Source: Escherichia coli (GTDB lineage Bacteria; Pseudomonadota; Gammaproteobacteria; Enterobacterales; Enterobacteriaceae). Taken from it: a stretch of 64,000 bases of DNA. Both the position numbers and the translations under genes were made by a program. Below, in pieces: positions 15,020-28,172 of this stretch (its first letter is position 1; every line of letters begins with the position of its first letter). Location: NCBI RefSeq assembly GCF_029227855.1, contig NZ_CP074356.1. One strand, given 5' to 3'. The notes beneath the pieces are model-generated. The model ran no database searches, had not been told where the DNA came from, and was given only the letters and a program-made list of their open reading frames with translations.

Positions 15020-15343
15020 ATGTCCCATCAGAAAATTATTCAGGATCTTATCGCATGGATTGACGAGCATATTGACCAGCCGCTTAACATTGATGTAGTC
15101 GCAAAAAAATCAGGCTATTCAAAGTGGTACTTGCAACGAATGTTCCGCACGGTGACGCATCAGACGCTTGGCGATTACATTCGCCAACGTCGCCTGTTAC
15201 TGGCCGCCGTTGAGTTGCGCACCACCGAGCGTCCGATTTTTGATATCGCAATGGACCTGGGTTATGTCTCGCAGCAGACCTTCTCCCGCGTTTTCCGTCG
15301 GCAGTTTGATCGCACTCCCAGCGATTATCGCCACCGCCTGTAA
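15020..15343 (+). CDS. soxS: SoxS, AraC-family activator
   Basis: 107 aa; AraC-type HTH; divergent from soxR. Confidence 0.97.
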   Translation: MSHQKIIQDLIAWIDEHIDQPLNIDVVAKKSGYSKWYLQRMFRTVTHQTLGDYIRQRRLLLAAVELRTTERPIFDIAMDLGYVSQQTFSRVFRRQFDRTPSDYRHRL

Positions 15344-15345
15344 TT

Positions 15346-16932
15346 TTATTGCCCGCGCGTTAACTCCCGCGCGGGTAATTGCTCCATCCATTGCATAAAC
15401 ACCTGCGGCGGCATCGCCTTCGCAAAGAACCATCCCTGGCAATAGCGCACGCCGCGTTTGCGCAGCCAGTTAACCTGCTCCTCAGTTTCGACGCCTTCAG
15501 CGATCGTTTTTAACCCCAGGCTGTGCGCCAGCTCGATGATGTGTTCCGCAATCAAATGACTGGTTTTGTGGGTGGTCAGCGTTTCAACAAACGATTTGTC
15601 GATTTTCAAAATATCGACATTCAATGATTTAAGGTTATGCAAGTTAGAGTAGCCAATACCAAAATCATCAATTGCCACTTCGTAACCAGCCTGGCGGAAA
15701 GCCAGAATAATCGGCGTCATTTTTTCGACATCAAGAAATGCATGCTCAGTCACTTCAAATTTAATTTGCTGCGGACGCACCGCGTATTGCTCTGTTTTCT
15801 GATTGATTCGCGCTATCAACCGTGACGTATGAAAATCGGAGGCCGACAGGTTAATAGAAACATAGCGATCTGCATGTGTTGCCAGGTAATCGCCCAGATC
15901 ACGGAAGACATTATCAATAACATAATCAGTTATCTGTTCTATCATCCCCTCCTTTTCTGCCAGCGGAATAAACTCTGCCGGATTCATTATTTGCCCCTGC
16001 TCACCAAGCCAACGTAACAACGCTTCAGCGCCGATACATTTTTCTGTTTTGATATCGATTATTGGCTGGTAATAAAGACAAAGTTGATGTTTTTCTAGAG
16101 CGCGTTGCAATTTGCGTTTGGGAGACAAATAGTTTTGTCGAATACGTAGCCAGAGTAATAGCAGAACAAGACTCCCCAAAATACCGGCGGGCAACGCAAA
16201 AATAAGATGATTATAAAAATGGGTTATAAGACGTTGATATGAAGTCGCAACAATGGCTGCAATTGGGCGTTTTGTCGAATAAACTGTCGCATATAAATAG
16301 CCATTTCTTTGTACGGTTAAATCCTTCAAATGAATCAGCGGAGAAAACGTTGCTGCCGAGGCCTCTTTGCTTAACGAGAAAAAGGTTTTCGTCACCGTAT
16401 CATACACACCCCATTGCAATGTCGGATCATCAGACATCACTTCACTCCAGAAGAGAGGGTTGATAACCGCCACATAATTTCCCCGCTGCATATAGGTCAT
16501 TTTATAGCCAGAGAAAAAAGGCGTATCGCGGTAATAATAGATAGAAACGTTAGGTTCACGCTTATAATCGGCCGGTGCAATCGTATAGCCGTTTACAGGC
16601 GCTATCAGCGATGAGCATAAAAAATGGTTATCACGGGCATAGATCAATTCATTAATATAAAGATAGCCACGAATAATATTCAACATTCGCTTTTGATGGG
16701 CTGGAGTGCAAACTTGCCCCTGATAGCGTTCAGCTGCATCGCTCACTAAATCTGCCTGGCGAATGACCAGCTCGGATTTATCCAGTGCCAGTTGAGCAAA
16801 GGTTCGGAGCTGATTATTCACTTCTGATTTTGCCCAAAGGAAGGCAATCCATAGCGAAAGAATGATGGGAAAGAGAACTAAAAAGATAATGCCCGGCAAC
16901 GCCAGTAATTGGTGTCGTGCACGATGACTCAT
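15346..16932 (-). CDS. pdeC: c-di-GMP phosphodiesterase PdeC (CSS-motif sensor, EAL domain)
   Basis: 528 aa from ATG 16932 (ORF track starts at TTG 16941); N-terminal TM/periplasmic domain and C-terminal EAL domain (EVTEHAFL ... QGWFF). Confidence 0.88.
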
Positions 16933-17361
16933 TGCTATCAATTTCCTGCCTGTTTATACCCGGCCATTGCAAGGTGAAAACCCTGGGTACCGACGTCTTT
17001 AGATAAATCTTACGGTATAAATAGCACTTTTGCCTGATTTGAAATTGATACCTTTCTAATCGTCACCTGGATGAAAATAATTCATTGATATTCAAAATTA
17101 ATTTCCTACAGGAATGCAGAGGCGGCGGGAAGATATGCCCTTAATGCCACTGAAAAACCACATAATCTGTACAGCAATAAAAGTCACGGCCTAATATGGC
17201 TAACAAACAATCAATTGTGATATAGTTCACAAAATTAATGAAACAAACAGAGTGTTTCATTTTTGTGTTCTGCAAGCCCCGCGATAGCCAGAGTGTACCA
17301 CGCCTCCCGTGAACAACGCCGCGCTGTCCAGGGCATCGGCTCTTTTCAGAGGAATTGTTTG

Positions 17362-17643
17362 ATGGCTACCCTCACCACTGGCGTGGTTCTTCTTCGCTGG
17401 CAACTTCTTAGTGCCGTAATGATGTTTCTGGCCAGCACACTCAACATCCGTTTTCGTCGGTCTGATTATGTCGGGCTTGCGGTGATCAGCAGCGGTCTGG
17501 GCGTTGTTTCCGCCTGTTGGTTCGCAATGGGGTTGCTTGGCATCACAATGGCGGACATCACCGCTATCTGGCACAACATCGAGTCGGTGATGATAGAAGA
17601 GATGAATCAGACACCGCCACAATGGCCAATGATTTTGACCTGA
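17362..17643 (+). CDS. yjcB: Small membrane protein YjcB
   Basis: 93 aa from ATG 17362 with SD AGAGGAA; two hydrophobic segments; ORF-track ORF 17263..17643 is an upstream extension. Confidence 0.7.
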   Translation: MATLTTGVVLLRWQLLSAVMMFLASTLNIRFRRSDYVGLAVISSGLGVVSACWFAMGLLGITMADITAIWHNIESVMIEEMNQTPPQWPMILT

Positions 17644-17648
17644 TACGT

Positions 17649-17679
17649 AGAAGCCTCCATAACGGAGGCTTCTTTTTTA
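17649..17679. terminator. Bidirectional rho-independent terminator between yjcB and ssb
   Basis: GAAGCCTCC-ATAAC-GGAGGCTTC hairpin flanked by A-run upstream and T-run downstream. Confidence 0.85.
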
Positions 17680-17741
17680 TGGCTGGCAGATGCTTTAATC
17701 ATCCACCTTAAAACAATATAACCTATTGTTTTAATGACAAA

Positions 17742-18278
17742 TCAGAACGGAATGTCATCATCAAAGTCCATCGGCGGCTCGTTAGACGGCGCTGCCGGAG
17801 CGGACTGCTGCGGGCGAGACTGCGCGCCGCCGCTGAACTGATTGCCACCCTGCGGCTGCTGTGGCTGACCCCAACCGCCCTGCGGCTGACCACCACCGAT
17901 ATTGCCACCTGCCGGAGCGCCACCACCCTGACGACCACCCAGCATCTGCATGGTGCCGCCAACGTTCACCACGACTTCTGTGGTGTAGCGATCCTGACCG
18001 GATTGATCGGTCCATTTACGGGTACGCAGCTGACCTTCGATATAAACCTGAGAACCTTTACGCAGATATTCGCTCGCCACTTCTGCCAGTTTGCCGAACA
18101 GCACAACGCGGTGCCATTCAGTCTGTTCTTTCATCTCGCCGGTCGCTTTATCACGCCAGGATTCGGAAGTAGCCAGCGTAATGTTGGCAACTGCGCCACC
18201 ATTTGGCATGTAGCGTACTTCCGGGTCCTGACCCAGATTACCAACGAGAATAACCTTGTTTACGCCTCTGCTGGCCAT
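17742..18278 (-). CDS. ssb: Single-stranded DNA-binding protein
   Basis: 178 aa from ATG 18278 ([16 protein letters not shown] ... DFDDDIPF); Gly/Gln-rich tail. Confidence 0.97.
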   Translation of the reverse strand: MASRGVNKVILVGNLGQDPEVRYMPNGGAVANITLATSESWRDKATGEMKEQTEWHRVVLFGKLAEVASEYLRKGSQVYIEGQLRTRKWTDQSGQDRYTTEVVVNVGGTMQMLGGRQGGGAPAGGNIGGGQPQGGWGQPQQPQGGNQFSGGAQSRPQQSAPAAPSNEPPMDFDDDIPF

Positions 18279-18430
18279 GTTCGTGTCTCCTGAAAAAAAT
18301 CGTTCTGAATAAGTGTAAACGCGCGATTGTACCATTACCAATAGCGCTTTTACTATGTTGTGACCTCGGTTCCGGGAAACAAACCTGGCCAGACATTGTT
18401 ACACAACACTCCGGGTAATGCATTCCAATA

Positions 18431-18446
18431 CTGTATATTCATTCAG
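18431..18446. promoter_or_regulatory. LexA (SOS) box in the ssb / uvrA divergent promoter region
   Basis: CTGTATATTCATTCAG matches CTGT-N8-ACAG. Confidence 0.85.
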
Positions 18447-18531
18447 GTCAATTTGTGTCATAATTAACCGTTTGTGATCGCCGGTAGCACCATGCCACCG
18501 GGCAAAAAAGCGTTTAATCCGGGAAAGGTGA

Positions 18532-21354
18532 ATGGATAAGATCGAAGTTCGGGGCGCCCGCACCCATAATCTCAAAAACATCAACCTCGTTATCCCCCGC
18601 GACAAGCTCATTGTCGTGACCGGGCTTTCGGGTTCTGGCAAATCCTCGCTCGCTTTCGACACCTTATATGCCGAAGGGCAGCGCCGTTACGTTGAATCCC
18701 TTTCCGCCTACGCGCGGCAGTTTCTGTCACTGATGGAAAAGCCGGACGTCGATCATATTGAGGGGCTTTCTCCTGCCATCTCAATTGAGCAGAAATCGAC
18801 GTCTCATAACCCGCGTTCTACGGTGGGGACAATCACCGAAATCCACGACTATTTGCGTTTGTTGTTCGCCCGCGTCGGCGAACCGCGCTGTCCGGACCAC
18901 GACGTCCCGCTGGCGGCGCAAACCGTCAGCCAGATGGTGGATAACGTGCTGTCGCAGCCGGAAGGCAAGCGTCTGATGCTGCTCGCGCCAATCATTAAAG
19001 AGCGCAAAGGCGAACACACCAAAACGCTGGAGAACCTGGCAAGCCAGGGTTACATCCGTGCTCGTATTGATGGCGAAGTCTGCGATCTTTCCGATCCGCC
19101 GAAACTGGAACTGCAAAAGAAACACACTATTGAAGTGGTGGTTGATCGCTTCAAGGTGCGTGACGATCTTACCCAACGTCTTGCGGAGTCGTTTGAAACC
19201 GCGCTGGAGCTTTCCGGTGGTACAGCGGTAGTGGCGGATATGGACGACCCGAAAGCGGAAGAGCTGCTGTTCTCCGCCAACTTCGCCTGCCCAATTTGCG
19301 GCTACAGTATGCGTGAACTGGAGCCGCGACTGTTTTCGTTTAACAACCCGGCAGGTGCCTGCCCGACCTGTGACGGCCTTGGCGTACAGCAATATTTCGA
19401 TCCTGACCGCGTGATCCAAAACCCCGAGCTGTCACTGGCTGGCGGTGCGATCCGTGGCTGGGATCGCCGCAACTTCTATTATTTCCAGATGCTGAAATCG
19501 CTGGCAGATCACTATAAGTTCGACGTCGAAGCGCCGTGGGGCAGCCTGAGCGCGAACGTGCATAAAGTGGTGTTGTACGGTTCTGGCAAAGAAAACATTG
19601 AATTCAAATACATGAACGATCGTGGCGATACCTCCATCCGTCGTCATCCGTTCGAAGGCGTGCTGCACAATATGGAGCGCCGTTATAAAGAGACAGAATC
19701 CAGTGCGGTACGTGAAGAATTAGCCAAGTTTATCAGCAATCGCCCATGCGCCAGCTGCGAAGGGACGCGTCTGCGTCGGGAAGCGCGCCACGTTTATGTC
19801 GAGAATACGCCGCTGCCTGCTATCTCCGACATGAGCATCGGTCATGCGATGGAATTCTTCAACAATCTCAAACTCGCTGGTCAACGGGCGAAGATTGCAG
19901 AAAAAATCCTTAAAGAGATCGGCGATCGTCTGAAATTCCTCGTTAACGTCGGCCTGAATTACCTGACACTTTCCCGCTCGGCAGAAACACTTTCCGGCGG
20001 TGAAGCCCAGCGTATCCGTCTGGCGAGCCAGATTGGTGCGGGCCTGGTTGGCGTTATGTATGTACTGGACGAGCCGTCTATCGGCCTGCACCAGCGCGAT
20101 AACGAGCGCCTGTTGGGTACGCTTATCCATCTGCGCGATCTCGGTAATACCGTGATTGTGGTGGAGCATGACGAAGACGCAATTCGCGCCGCTGACCATG
20201 TGATCGATATCGGTCCTGGTGCGGGTGTTCACGGCGGTGAAGTGGTCGCAGAAGGTCCGCTGGAAGCGATTATGGCAGTGCCTGAATCGTTGACCGGGCA
20301 GTACATGAGCGGTAAACGCAAGATTGAAGTGCCGAAGAAACGCGTTCCGGCGAATCCAGAAAAAGTGCTGAAGCTGACAGGTGCACGCGGCAACAACCTG
20401 AAGGACGTGACGCTCACGCTGCCAGTCGGTCTGTTTACCTGCATCACAGGGGTTTCAGGTTCCGGTAAATCGACGCTGATTAACGACACACTGTTCCCGA
20501 TTGCCCAACGCCAGTTGAATGGTGCGACCATCGCCGAACCGGCACCGTATCGCGATATTCAGGGGCTGGAGCATTTCGATAAAGTGATCGATATCGACCA
20601 AAGCCCAATTGGTCGTACTCCACGTTCTAACCCGGCGACCTATACCGGCGTGTTTACACCTGTGCGCGAACTGTTTGCGGGCGTACCGGAATCCCGTGCG
20701 CGTGGTTATACGCCAGGACGTTTCAGCTTTAACGTCCGTGGCGGGCGCTGCGAAGCCTGTCAGGGCGACGGTGTGATCAAAGTGGAGATGCACTTCCTGC
20801 CGGATATCTACGTGCCGTGCGATCAGTGCAAAGGTAAACGCTATAACCGTGAAACGCTGGAAATTAAGTACAAAGGCAAAACCATCCACGAAGTGCTGGA
20901 TATGACCATCGAAGAGGCGCGTGAGTTCTTTGATGCGGTGCCAGCTCTGGCGCGTAAGCTGCAAACGTTGATGGACGTTGGTCTGACGTACATTCGCCTG
21001 GGGCAGTCCGCAACCACACTTTCTGGTGGTGAAGCCCAGCGCGTGAAGCTGGCGCGTGAGCTGTCAAAACGCGGCACCGGGCAGACGCTGTATATTCTCG
21101 ACGAGCCGACCACCGGTCTGCACTTCGCCGATATTCAGCAACTCCTCGACGTGCTGCATAAACTGCGCGATCAGGGCAATACCATTGTGGTGATTGAGCA
21201 CAATCTCGACGTGATCAAAACCGCTGACTGGATTGTCGACCTGGGACCAGAAGGCGGCAGTGGCGGCGGCGAAATCCTCGTCTCCGGTACGCCAGAAACC
21301 GTCGCGGAGTGCGAAGCTTCGCATACGGCACGCTTCCTCAAGCCGATGCTGTAA
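18532..21354 (+). CDS. uvrA: Excinuclease ABC subunit A
   Basis: 940 aa; two ABC ATPase modules ([20 protein letters not shown]) and zinc-finger cysteine clusters. Confidence 0.97.
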   Translation: MDKIEVRGARTHNLKNINLVIPRDKLIVVTGLSGSGKSSLAFDTLYAEGQRRYVESLSAYARQFLSLMEKPDVDHIEGLSPAISIEQKSTSHNPRSTVGTITEIHDYLRLLFARVGEPRCPDHDVPLAAQTVSQMVDNVLSQPEGKRLMLLAPIIKERKGEHTKTLENLASQGYIRARIDGEVCDLSDPPKLELQKKHTIEVVVDRFKVRDDLTQRLAESFETALELSGGTAVVADMDDPKAEELLFSANFACPICGYSMRELEPRLFSFNNPAGACPTCDGLGVQQYFDPDRVIQNPELSLAGGAIRGWDRRNFYYFQMLKSLADHYKFDVEAPWGSLSANVHKVVLYGSGKENIEFKYMNDRGDTSIRRHPFEGVLHNMERRYKETESSAVREELAKFISNRPCASCEGTRLRREARHVYVENTPLPAISDMSIGHAMEFFNNLKLAGQRAKIAEKILKEIGDRLKFLVNVGLNYLTLSRSAETLSGGEAQRIRLASQIGAGLVGVMYVLDEPSIGLHQRDNERLLGTLIHLRDLGNTVIVVEHDEDAIRAADHVIDIGPGAGVHGGEVVAEGPLEAIMAVPESLTGQYMSGKRKIEVPKKRVPANPEKVLKLTGARGNNLKDVTLTLPVGLFTCITGVSGSGKSTLINDTLFPIAQRQLNGATIAEPAPYRDIQGLEHFDKVIDIDQSPIGRTPRSNPATYTGVFTPVRELFAGVPESRARGYTPGRFSFNVRGGRCEACQGDGVIKVEMHFLPDIYVPCDQCKGKRYNRETLEIKYKGKTIHEVLDMTIEEAREFFDAVPALARKLQTLMDVGLTYIRLGQSATTLSGGEAQRVKLARELSKRGTGQTLYILDEPTTGLHFADIQQLLDVLHKLRDQGNTIVVIEHNLDVIKTADWIVDLGPEGGSGGGEILVSGTPETVAECEASHTARFLKPML

Positions 21355-21359
21355 TCGTT

Positions 21360-21390
21360 AAGGCCGCTTTCTGAGCGGCCTTTTCCTTTC
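21360..21390 (+). terminator. Rho-independent terminator after uvrA
   Basis: AGGCCGC-TTTCTGA-GCGGCCT hairpin followed by TTTT. Confidence 0.7.
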
Positions 21391-21745
21391 AGAGTTGTAC
21401 CAGCAATTTACGCTTTTCTTCCGGTAGTAAATTCACTGCCTGCTGATAAGACGCATCCACCAGATAATAGATTTGCGAATCCGGCAGCGAACCGTCGAGA
21501 TACACGGTGCTCCAGTGCGCTTTATTCAGATGGCGGCTAGGACGCACATCGCTGTGCTGCTGACGTAGCAGCTCCGCCAGCTCCGGGCTGGTTTTCAGCG
21601 AAACAGCTGGGCGATTTTCTACTTCTTTCACCATCGCAAACAGTACATCTTCCACTTTGATCTGCGTCGCTTTCCAGTCGTTATGCACGCTCTGTTCTGC
21701 GCCTGGTTTTGCCATGCAATATTGTAGCAACTCCGAAATGGTCAT
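21389..21745 (-). CDS. yjbR: YjbR (MmcQ/YjbR-family protein)
   Basis: 118 aa; position after uvrA. Confidence 0.8.
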   Translation of the reverse strand: MTISELLQYCMAKPGAEQSVHNDWKATQIKVEDVLFAMVKEVENRPAVSLKTSPELAELLRQQHSDVRPSRHLNKAHWSTVYLDGSLPDSQIYYLVDASYQQAVNLLPEEKRKLLVQL

Positions 21746-21748
21746 TTT

Positions 21749-22165
21749 TTACTCCCCTTGTAGTGTCGCGATGATGCGACGCGATCCGCCGTGGATGCGA
21801 TGTTCCCCCAGCCAGATGCCTTGCCAGGTGCCGGTCTGAATACGCCCTTTATGTAACGGCAATACAAGCGATGTTCCCAGCATTGAGGATTTGATATGAG
21901 AAGGCATATCGTCTGCTCCCTCATAGTCATGCTCATAATTTCCGTTGTCGGGAACGGTGCGGAGGAAAAAACGCTCCATGTCGTGGCGTACGGTGGGATC
22001 GCAGTTCTCATTAAGTGTCAGAGAGGCGGAGGTATGTTGCAGCAACAGATGCAGTAAGCCGATGTTAACGCGCGGCATATTAGCCAGCTGATTCAGAATT
22101 TCATCCGTTACCAGATGAAACCCACGAGATTTGGCGCTAAGCGTGAGCGTCTTTTGATACCACAT
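21749..22165 (-). CDS. yjbQ: YjbQ (UPF0047 family)
   Basis: 138 aa; 3-bp gap to yjbR. Confidence 0.8.
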   Translation of the reverse strand: MWYQKTLTLSAKSRGFHLVTDEILNQLANMPRVNIGLLHLLLQHTSASLTLNENCDPTVRHDMERFFLRTVPDNGNYEHDYEGADDMPSHIKSSMLGTSLVLPLHKGRIQTGTWQGIWLGEHRIHGGSRRIIATLQGE

Positions 22166-22275
22166 GTGCTGCTCCTTGATAAAACTCTCTTAATCAGTTT
22201 GCAGCAAGACAGCGAAAGGATAAAGGTGTGATTAAAAAAACAGCATTCGGGAGAGTGTCACGCTCTCCCGCTCTG

Positions 22276-23268
<993 letters not shown>

Positions 23269-23352
23269 TTAATGAACTTAATGATACAGCATTACAAAAA
23301 CAATCGAAGTTTATAAAGATGATTTCTGATTGACCAGCCCCCCTACCCTACA

Positions 23353-23772
23353 ATGGTGACTAATTTTATTACTCGCGATGGAGATGATGATATGAATATA
23401 TCATATGTGAATAGCAACAAAACGACATCTTTACCTGTTGAGCTAGATGCACTAAATAATAAAGATATCTCTTATGCCAAAGATTTCTTTTTATACATAG
23501 AAACACAGTTAAAAATTGCAAAAGATTTTTGTAGACCTGGAGAAGAAGTATCAAGTTCTATTGCAAGTAAAGTTTTTCACGCATTTATTGATTTAGTTAA
23601 CAAAATCAGGGGTAAGAAAGACTTTATGTATATTTGCACGCTTTGCTGTTTTGCCGAGGAGGTTAAAGGTGATTATTCTCATTACAGGACCTTTTTATTT
23701 GATATTGGTAATCAATATAAGGTTAAACTTACACAAAGCGGAAAAAAGAGTCTCTTTAACATTAGAATTTAA
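23353..23772 (+). CDS. Hypothetical protein, AT-rich orphan ORF
   Basis: 139-aa ORF in a strongly AT-rich stretch between aphA and tyrB; no recognisable domain; alternative start ATG 23392 with GGAG upstream. Confidence 0.4.
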   Translation: MVTNFITRDGDDDMNISYVNSNKTTSLPVELDALNNKDISYAKDFFLYIETQLKIAKDFCRPGEEVSSSIASKVFHAFIDLVNKIRGKKDFMYICTLCCFAEEVKGDYSHYRTFLFDIGNQYKVKLTQSGKKSLFNIRI

Positions 23773-24096
23773 CGATACTATAATTGAATCTCAGAAAGTC
23801 ACAGGCAATAAGGCAAAGCATATTCTTGAGGATATAGAAATATTCTATCGTAACAAACCCGATACTTATTATTAAATTTAATAATGGTTAGATGTGCAGA
23901 AATTATTACTCCACCCAAAAAAACAGGATAAGGAATTCCAGATAATTGGGATAAGCTTAACAATAAAAGAACTAACAACGTTTATTATCTCTCACGTAGA
24001 ACGATGGCATCAAAAAAATCATCTATAAAGAAAGAGTGAAAGCGACGACAGTTTAATTTCACTGCAGGCTGGGTAGCTCCAGCCTGCTTTCCTGCA

Positions 24097-25290
24097 TTAC
24101 ATCACCGCAGCAAACGCCTTTGCCACACGTTGTACATTTGCCGTATTTAACCCGGCGACACACATGCGACCGCTGGCGATGAGATAGACACCAAATTCTT
24201 CACGTAGTCGGTCAACCTGAGCGGCACTTAAACCGGTATAACTGAACATGCCGCGCTGATTAAGCAGATAATCGAAATTGCGTTCTGGCATCTCTGTGCT
24301 TAATACCTTCACCAGTTCCTGACGCATTGCCAGAATGCGAGTACGCATCTCTTCTACTTCCGCCAGCCAGCTGGCTTTCAATGCCTCGTCATTCAGCACT
24401 GCAGCCACCACCTGCGCACCAAAATTCGGCGGGCTGGAGTAGTTGCGGCGAACTGTTGCTTTCAATTGCCCCAGTACGCGGCCAGCGGCTTCGGCATCTT
24501 CACACATAACAGAAAGTCCGCCGACGCGCTCGCCGTAAAGGGAGAAAATTTTCGAGAACGAATTGCTCACCAGAGCGGGTAATCCAGCGCTGGCAATGGC
24601 GCGAATAGCGTAGGCATCCTCTTCCATACCGGCACCAAATCCTTGATAGGCAATATCGAGGAATGGAATAAGCTCGCGGGCTTTGAGAATTTCAATCACC
24701 GCATCCCACTGGTCATTAGTGAGATCGGCACCCGTTGGGTTGTGGCAACATGGATGCAGCAACACAATACTGCGGGCAGGTAATGTTTTCAGCGTCGCCA
24801 ACAGGTCATTAAAGCGCACGCCGTTAGTCGCTTCGTCATACCAGGGGTAAGTACTCACTTCGAATCCAGCCCCGGCGAATATTGCTACGTGGTTTTCCCA
24901 GGTAGGATCGCTGACCCAGACGCCTGATTCCGGGAAGTAGCGTTTCAGGAAATCCGCGCCCACTTTCAATGCCCCGGAGCCGCCAAGGGTTTGAATGGTT
25001 GCTACGCGCTGTTGTTTCAGTACCGGATGGTCCGCACCAAACAGCAGCGGCGCAATGGCATGGCGATAGCTGTTAAGCCCTTCCATCGGTAAATAAAGCG
25101 AAGCGCCATGAGGCTGCGCATTCAGGCGCGCTTCCGCCTCCGCCACGGCTTTCAGTTGTGGAATAATTCCGTCTTCGTTGTAGTACAGACCGATACTTAA
25201 ATTCACTTTGTCGCTGCGAGGGTCTTCTTTAAAACGCTCCATAAGCGTAAGAATCGGGTCGCCAGCGTAGGCGTCAACTTTTTGAAACAC
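24097..25290 (-). CDS. tyrB: Aromatic-amino-acid aminotransferase
   Basis: 397 aa starting at GTG 25290 ([14 protein letters not shown]); PLP aminotransferase class I motifs. Confidence 0.95.
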   Translation of the reverse strand: MFQKVDAYAGDPILTLMERFKEDPRSDKVNLSIGLYYNEDGIIPQLKAVAEAEARLNAQPHGASLYLPMEGLNSYRHAIAPLLFGADHPVLKQQRVATIQTLGGSGALKVGADFLKRYFPESGVWVSDPTWENHVAIFAGAGFEVSTYPWYDEATNGVRFNDLLATLKTLPARSIVLLHPCCHNPTGADLTNDQWDAVIEILKARELIPFLDIAYQGFGAGMEEDAYAIRAIASAGLPALVSNSFSKIFSLYGERVGGLSVMCEDAEAAGRVLGQLKATVRRNYSSPPNFGAQVVAAVLNDEALKASWLAEVEEMRTRILAMRQELVKVLSTEMPERNFDYLLNQRGMFSYTGLSAAQVDRLREEFGVYLIASGRMCVAGLNTANVQRVAKAFAAVM

Positions 25291-25485
25291 GCGATGGTTC
25301 TCCAGGTTTACGGGCAGGTGGTTAAAACACAATAAACCGGAAGAAGGCGAAGATCGAGTGGATGTTCAGGAGCGAACGGCAATTAGCAACAGAGTGAGAC
25401 TCATGACAAACGTACATCCGCCAGAGGCACGACCTTTATAAGAGCATGAAAGAACATCAACTTATTGAATTTTTAGGATTTTATT

Positions 25486-25517
25486 GGCCGGATAAGGCAT
25501 TCACGCCGCATCCGGCA
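25486..25517. repeat. REP element
   Basis: GCCGGATAAGGCATTCACGCCGCATCCGGC palindromic unit between alr and tyrB. Confidence 0.8.
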
Positions 25518-25542
25518 CAGACAATCAAATATTACAGAACGA

Positions 25543-26622
25543 TTAATCCACGTATTTCATCGCGACCCTTGAAGTCAGGCGAGTGATAAGTTCGTAAGCG
25601 CTCACTTTTGTCATTTCAGCGATACGTTCTACGGGCAAACCTTCGCCCCATAAAATGACCGGATCCCCGGCTTTGTCCTGCGCTTGTGGACCTAAGTCTA
25701 CGCAGATCATATCCATCGCCACGCGCCCGACAATCGGTACTTCGCGACCGTTCACCAGCACTGGCGTACCGGACGGCGCGGCGCGCGGATAACCATCGCC
25801 ATAGCCCATCGCGACTACGCCAAGACGGGTATCACGTTCGCTTACCCAGGTTCCACCATAACCAACAGGTTCTCCGGCTTTATGCTCACGCACGGCAATC
25901 AGGCTGGAGGTTAGTGACATCACTGGCTGACAGCCAAAATCGGCACCGGTGGAGCGATCTTCCAGCGGCGAGACGCCATAAAGAATGATGCCCGGGCGCA
26001 CCCAGTCAAAATGCGACTGTGGCCACAGCAGAATGCCACCCGATGCGGCAATGGAACGTTGACCAGGTTTGCCTTCGCAAAAGGTATTAAAGATAGCGAG
26101 TTGTTTCTCGGTTGCGCCACATTTTGGTTCATCCGCGCGCGCAAAATGGCTGACGATATTCACCGGCTGACGAACGTTTTTGCACTGGGTCAGGCGATGA
26201 TAAAACGCCTCAGCCTGTTCCGGCCTTACGCCCAGACGGTGCATACCGGTATCGAGTTTCATCCAGACGGTAACCGGCTCGTCCAGGCTAGCCTCTTCCA
26301 GCGCAGCCAGCTGTTCTTCGTTATGCACGGCGGTATGAAAATGTTGCGCAGAAATCGTCGGCAGATCTCTGGCATCAAAAAAGCCTTCGAGTAACAGTAC
26401 AGGTTTGGTGATTCCCCCCGCACGCAGTCGCAGAGCTTCTTCGAGACGGGCTACGCCAAAGGCGTCAGCATCGGGGAGCGTTCGCGCGGTCTCAAGAAGA
26501 CCGTGACCATAAGCGTTCGCTTTCACCACCGCAACCATTTTACTGGCAGGGGCCAGTTCACGAAGACGTTGCAGGTTGTGTCGCAGAGCGCGGCGGTTAA
26601 TCACAACAGTTGCCGCTTGCAT
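25543..26622 (-). CDS. alr: Alanine racemase (biosynthetic)
   Basis: 359 aa; PLP-lysine motif [10 protein letters not shown]. Confidence 0.96.
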
Positions 26623-26674
26623 TTGTGTTCCTTGATAAGTGTTTGCTTTAATTACCTAATTCATAAAATAATTA

Positions 26675-28090
26675 TTATTCGTCGTCGTACTGCGGCCCCG
26701 CATAGTTGTCGAAGCGCGACCATTGACCGTTAAAGGTCAGGCGTACCGTCCCGATTGGGCCGTTACGTTGTTTACCGATAATAATTTCCGCGATGCCTTT
26801 TAAATCACTGTTTTCGTGATACACCTCATCACGATAGATAAACATGATCAAGTCCGCATCCTGCTCGATAGAGCCAGATTCACGCAGGTCGGAGTTGACC
26901 GGGCGTTTGTCGGCACGTTGTTCCAGAGAACGGTTCAACTGGGACAGCGCCACCACCGGCACGTTCAGTTCTTTCGCCAGTGCTTTCAGCGAGCGAGAGA
27001 TTTCTGCAATTTCCAGCGTACGGTTATCGGAAAGCGCCGGTACGCGCATCAGTTGCAGGTAGTCGATCATGATAAGCCCGATGCCGCCGTGTTCACGGGC
27101 AATACGGCGTGCGCGGGAACGCACTTCCGTTGGCGTCAGGCCGGAGGAGTCATCGATATAGATATTGCGTTTTTCGAGCAAAATACCCATGGTGCCGGAA
27201 ATGCGCGCCCAGTCTTCATCATCGAGCTGCCCGGTACGGATTTTAGTCTGGTCAACGCGCGACAGCGACGCCAGAGAACGCATCATAATCTGTTCTGAAG
27301 GCATCTCCAGCGAGAAGATAAGTACTGGTTTATCCTGCAACATCGCCGCGTTTTCGACGAGGTTCATCGCAAATGTTGTTTTACCCATCGACGGACGCGC
27401 GGCGACGATGATCAAATCCGACGGCTGCAAGCCAGCGGTTTTTTTGTTGAGATCGTCATAACCGGTGTTTACTCCGGTAACGCCATCGTGTGGCTGCTGA
27501 AACAACTGCTCAATACGCGCCACGGTTGCGTCGAGCACATCGGCGATGTTCTTCGGCCCTTCGTCTTTGTTTGCACGACTTTCAGCAATTTTAAAGACGC
27601 GGGATTCAGCAAGGTCCAGCAGATCTTCGCTGGTGCGCCCCTGCGGATCAAAACCGGCTTCAGCAATCTCATTCGCAACCGAAATCATCTCACGGACAAC
27701 GGCACGTTCACGCACGATGTCCGCATAGGCACTGATGTTCGCCGCACTTGGCGTATTTTTTGACAGCTCTGCCAGATAAGCAAAACCACCGACGCTATCG
27801 AGTTGCCCCTGGCGTTCCAGCGATTCCGCAAGGGTAATCAGATCGATAGGACTACCGCTTTCCTGCAAACGCGCCATTTCAGTAAAGATATGGCGGTGTG
27901 GGCGGGTGTAAAAATCGTCTGCCACCACACGCTCGGCTACATCGTCCCAGCGTTCGTTATCCAGCATTAAACCGCCCAACACCGACTGCTCCGCTTCGAT
28001 CGAGTGCGGAGGCACTTTCAGCCCGGCAACTTGTGGATCGCGTTCGCGGGGTTCAGCCTGCTGTTTGTTGAAGGGTTTATTTCCTGCCAT
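26675..28090 (-). CDS. dnaB: Replicative DNA helicase DnaB
   Basis: 471 aa; Walker A GKT and RecA-like fold. Confidence 0.97.
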   Translation of the reverse strand: MAGNKPFNKQQAEPRERDPQVAGLKVPPHSIEAEQSVLGGLMLDNERWDDVAERVVADDFYTRPHRHIFTEMARLQESGSPIDLITLAESLERQGQLDSVGGFAYLAELSKNTPSAANISAYADIVRERAVVREMISVANEIAEAGFDPQGRTSEDLLDLAESRVFKIAESRANKDEGPKNIADVLDATVARIEQLFQQPHDGVTGVNTGYDDLNKKTAGLQPSDLIIVAARPSMGKTTFAMNLVENAAMLQDKPVLIFSLEMPSEQIMMRSLASLSRVDQTKIRTGQLDDEDWARISGTMGILLEKRNIYIDDSSGLTPTEVRSRARRIAREHGGIGLIMIDYLQLMRVPALSDNRTLEIAEISRSLKALAKELNVPVVALSQLNRSLEQRADKRPVNSDLRESGSIEQDADLIMFIYRDEVYHENSDLKGIAEIIIGKQRNGPIGTVRLTFNGQWSRFDNYAGPQYDDE

Positions 28091-28172
28091 AGTGAATGGA
28101 GTTACCGAGATAAAGAATGGGTCGAAACTTTACCATATGAAGCAGACCCTGACGATACGTTCTGGAGGACAC

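Noticed and set aside
17263-17361. Upstream extension of yjcB to a 126-aa ORF
   Set aside because: The internal ATG at 17362 has a good SD (AGAGGAA) and gives the expected 93-aa membrane protein; the extension has no RBS.
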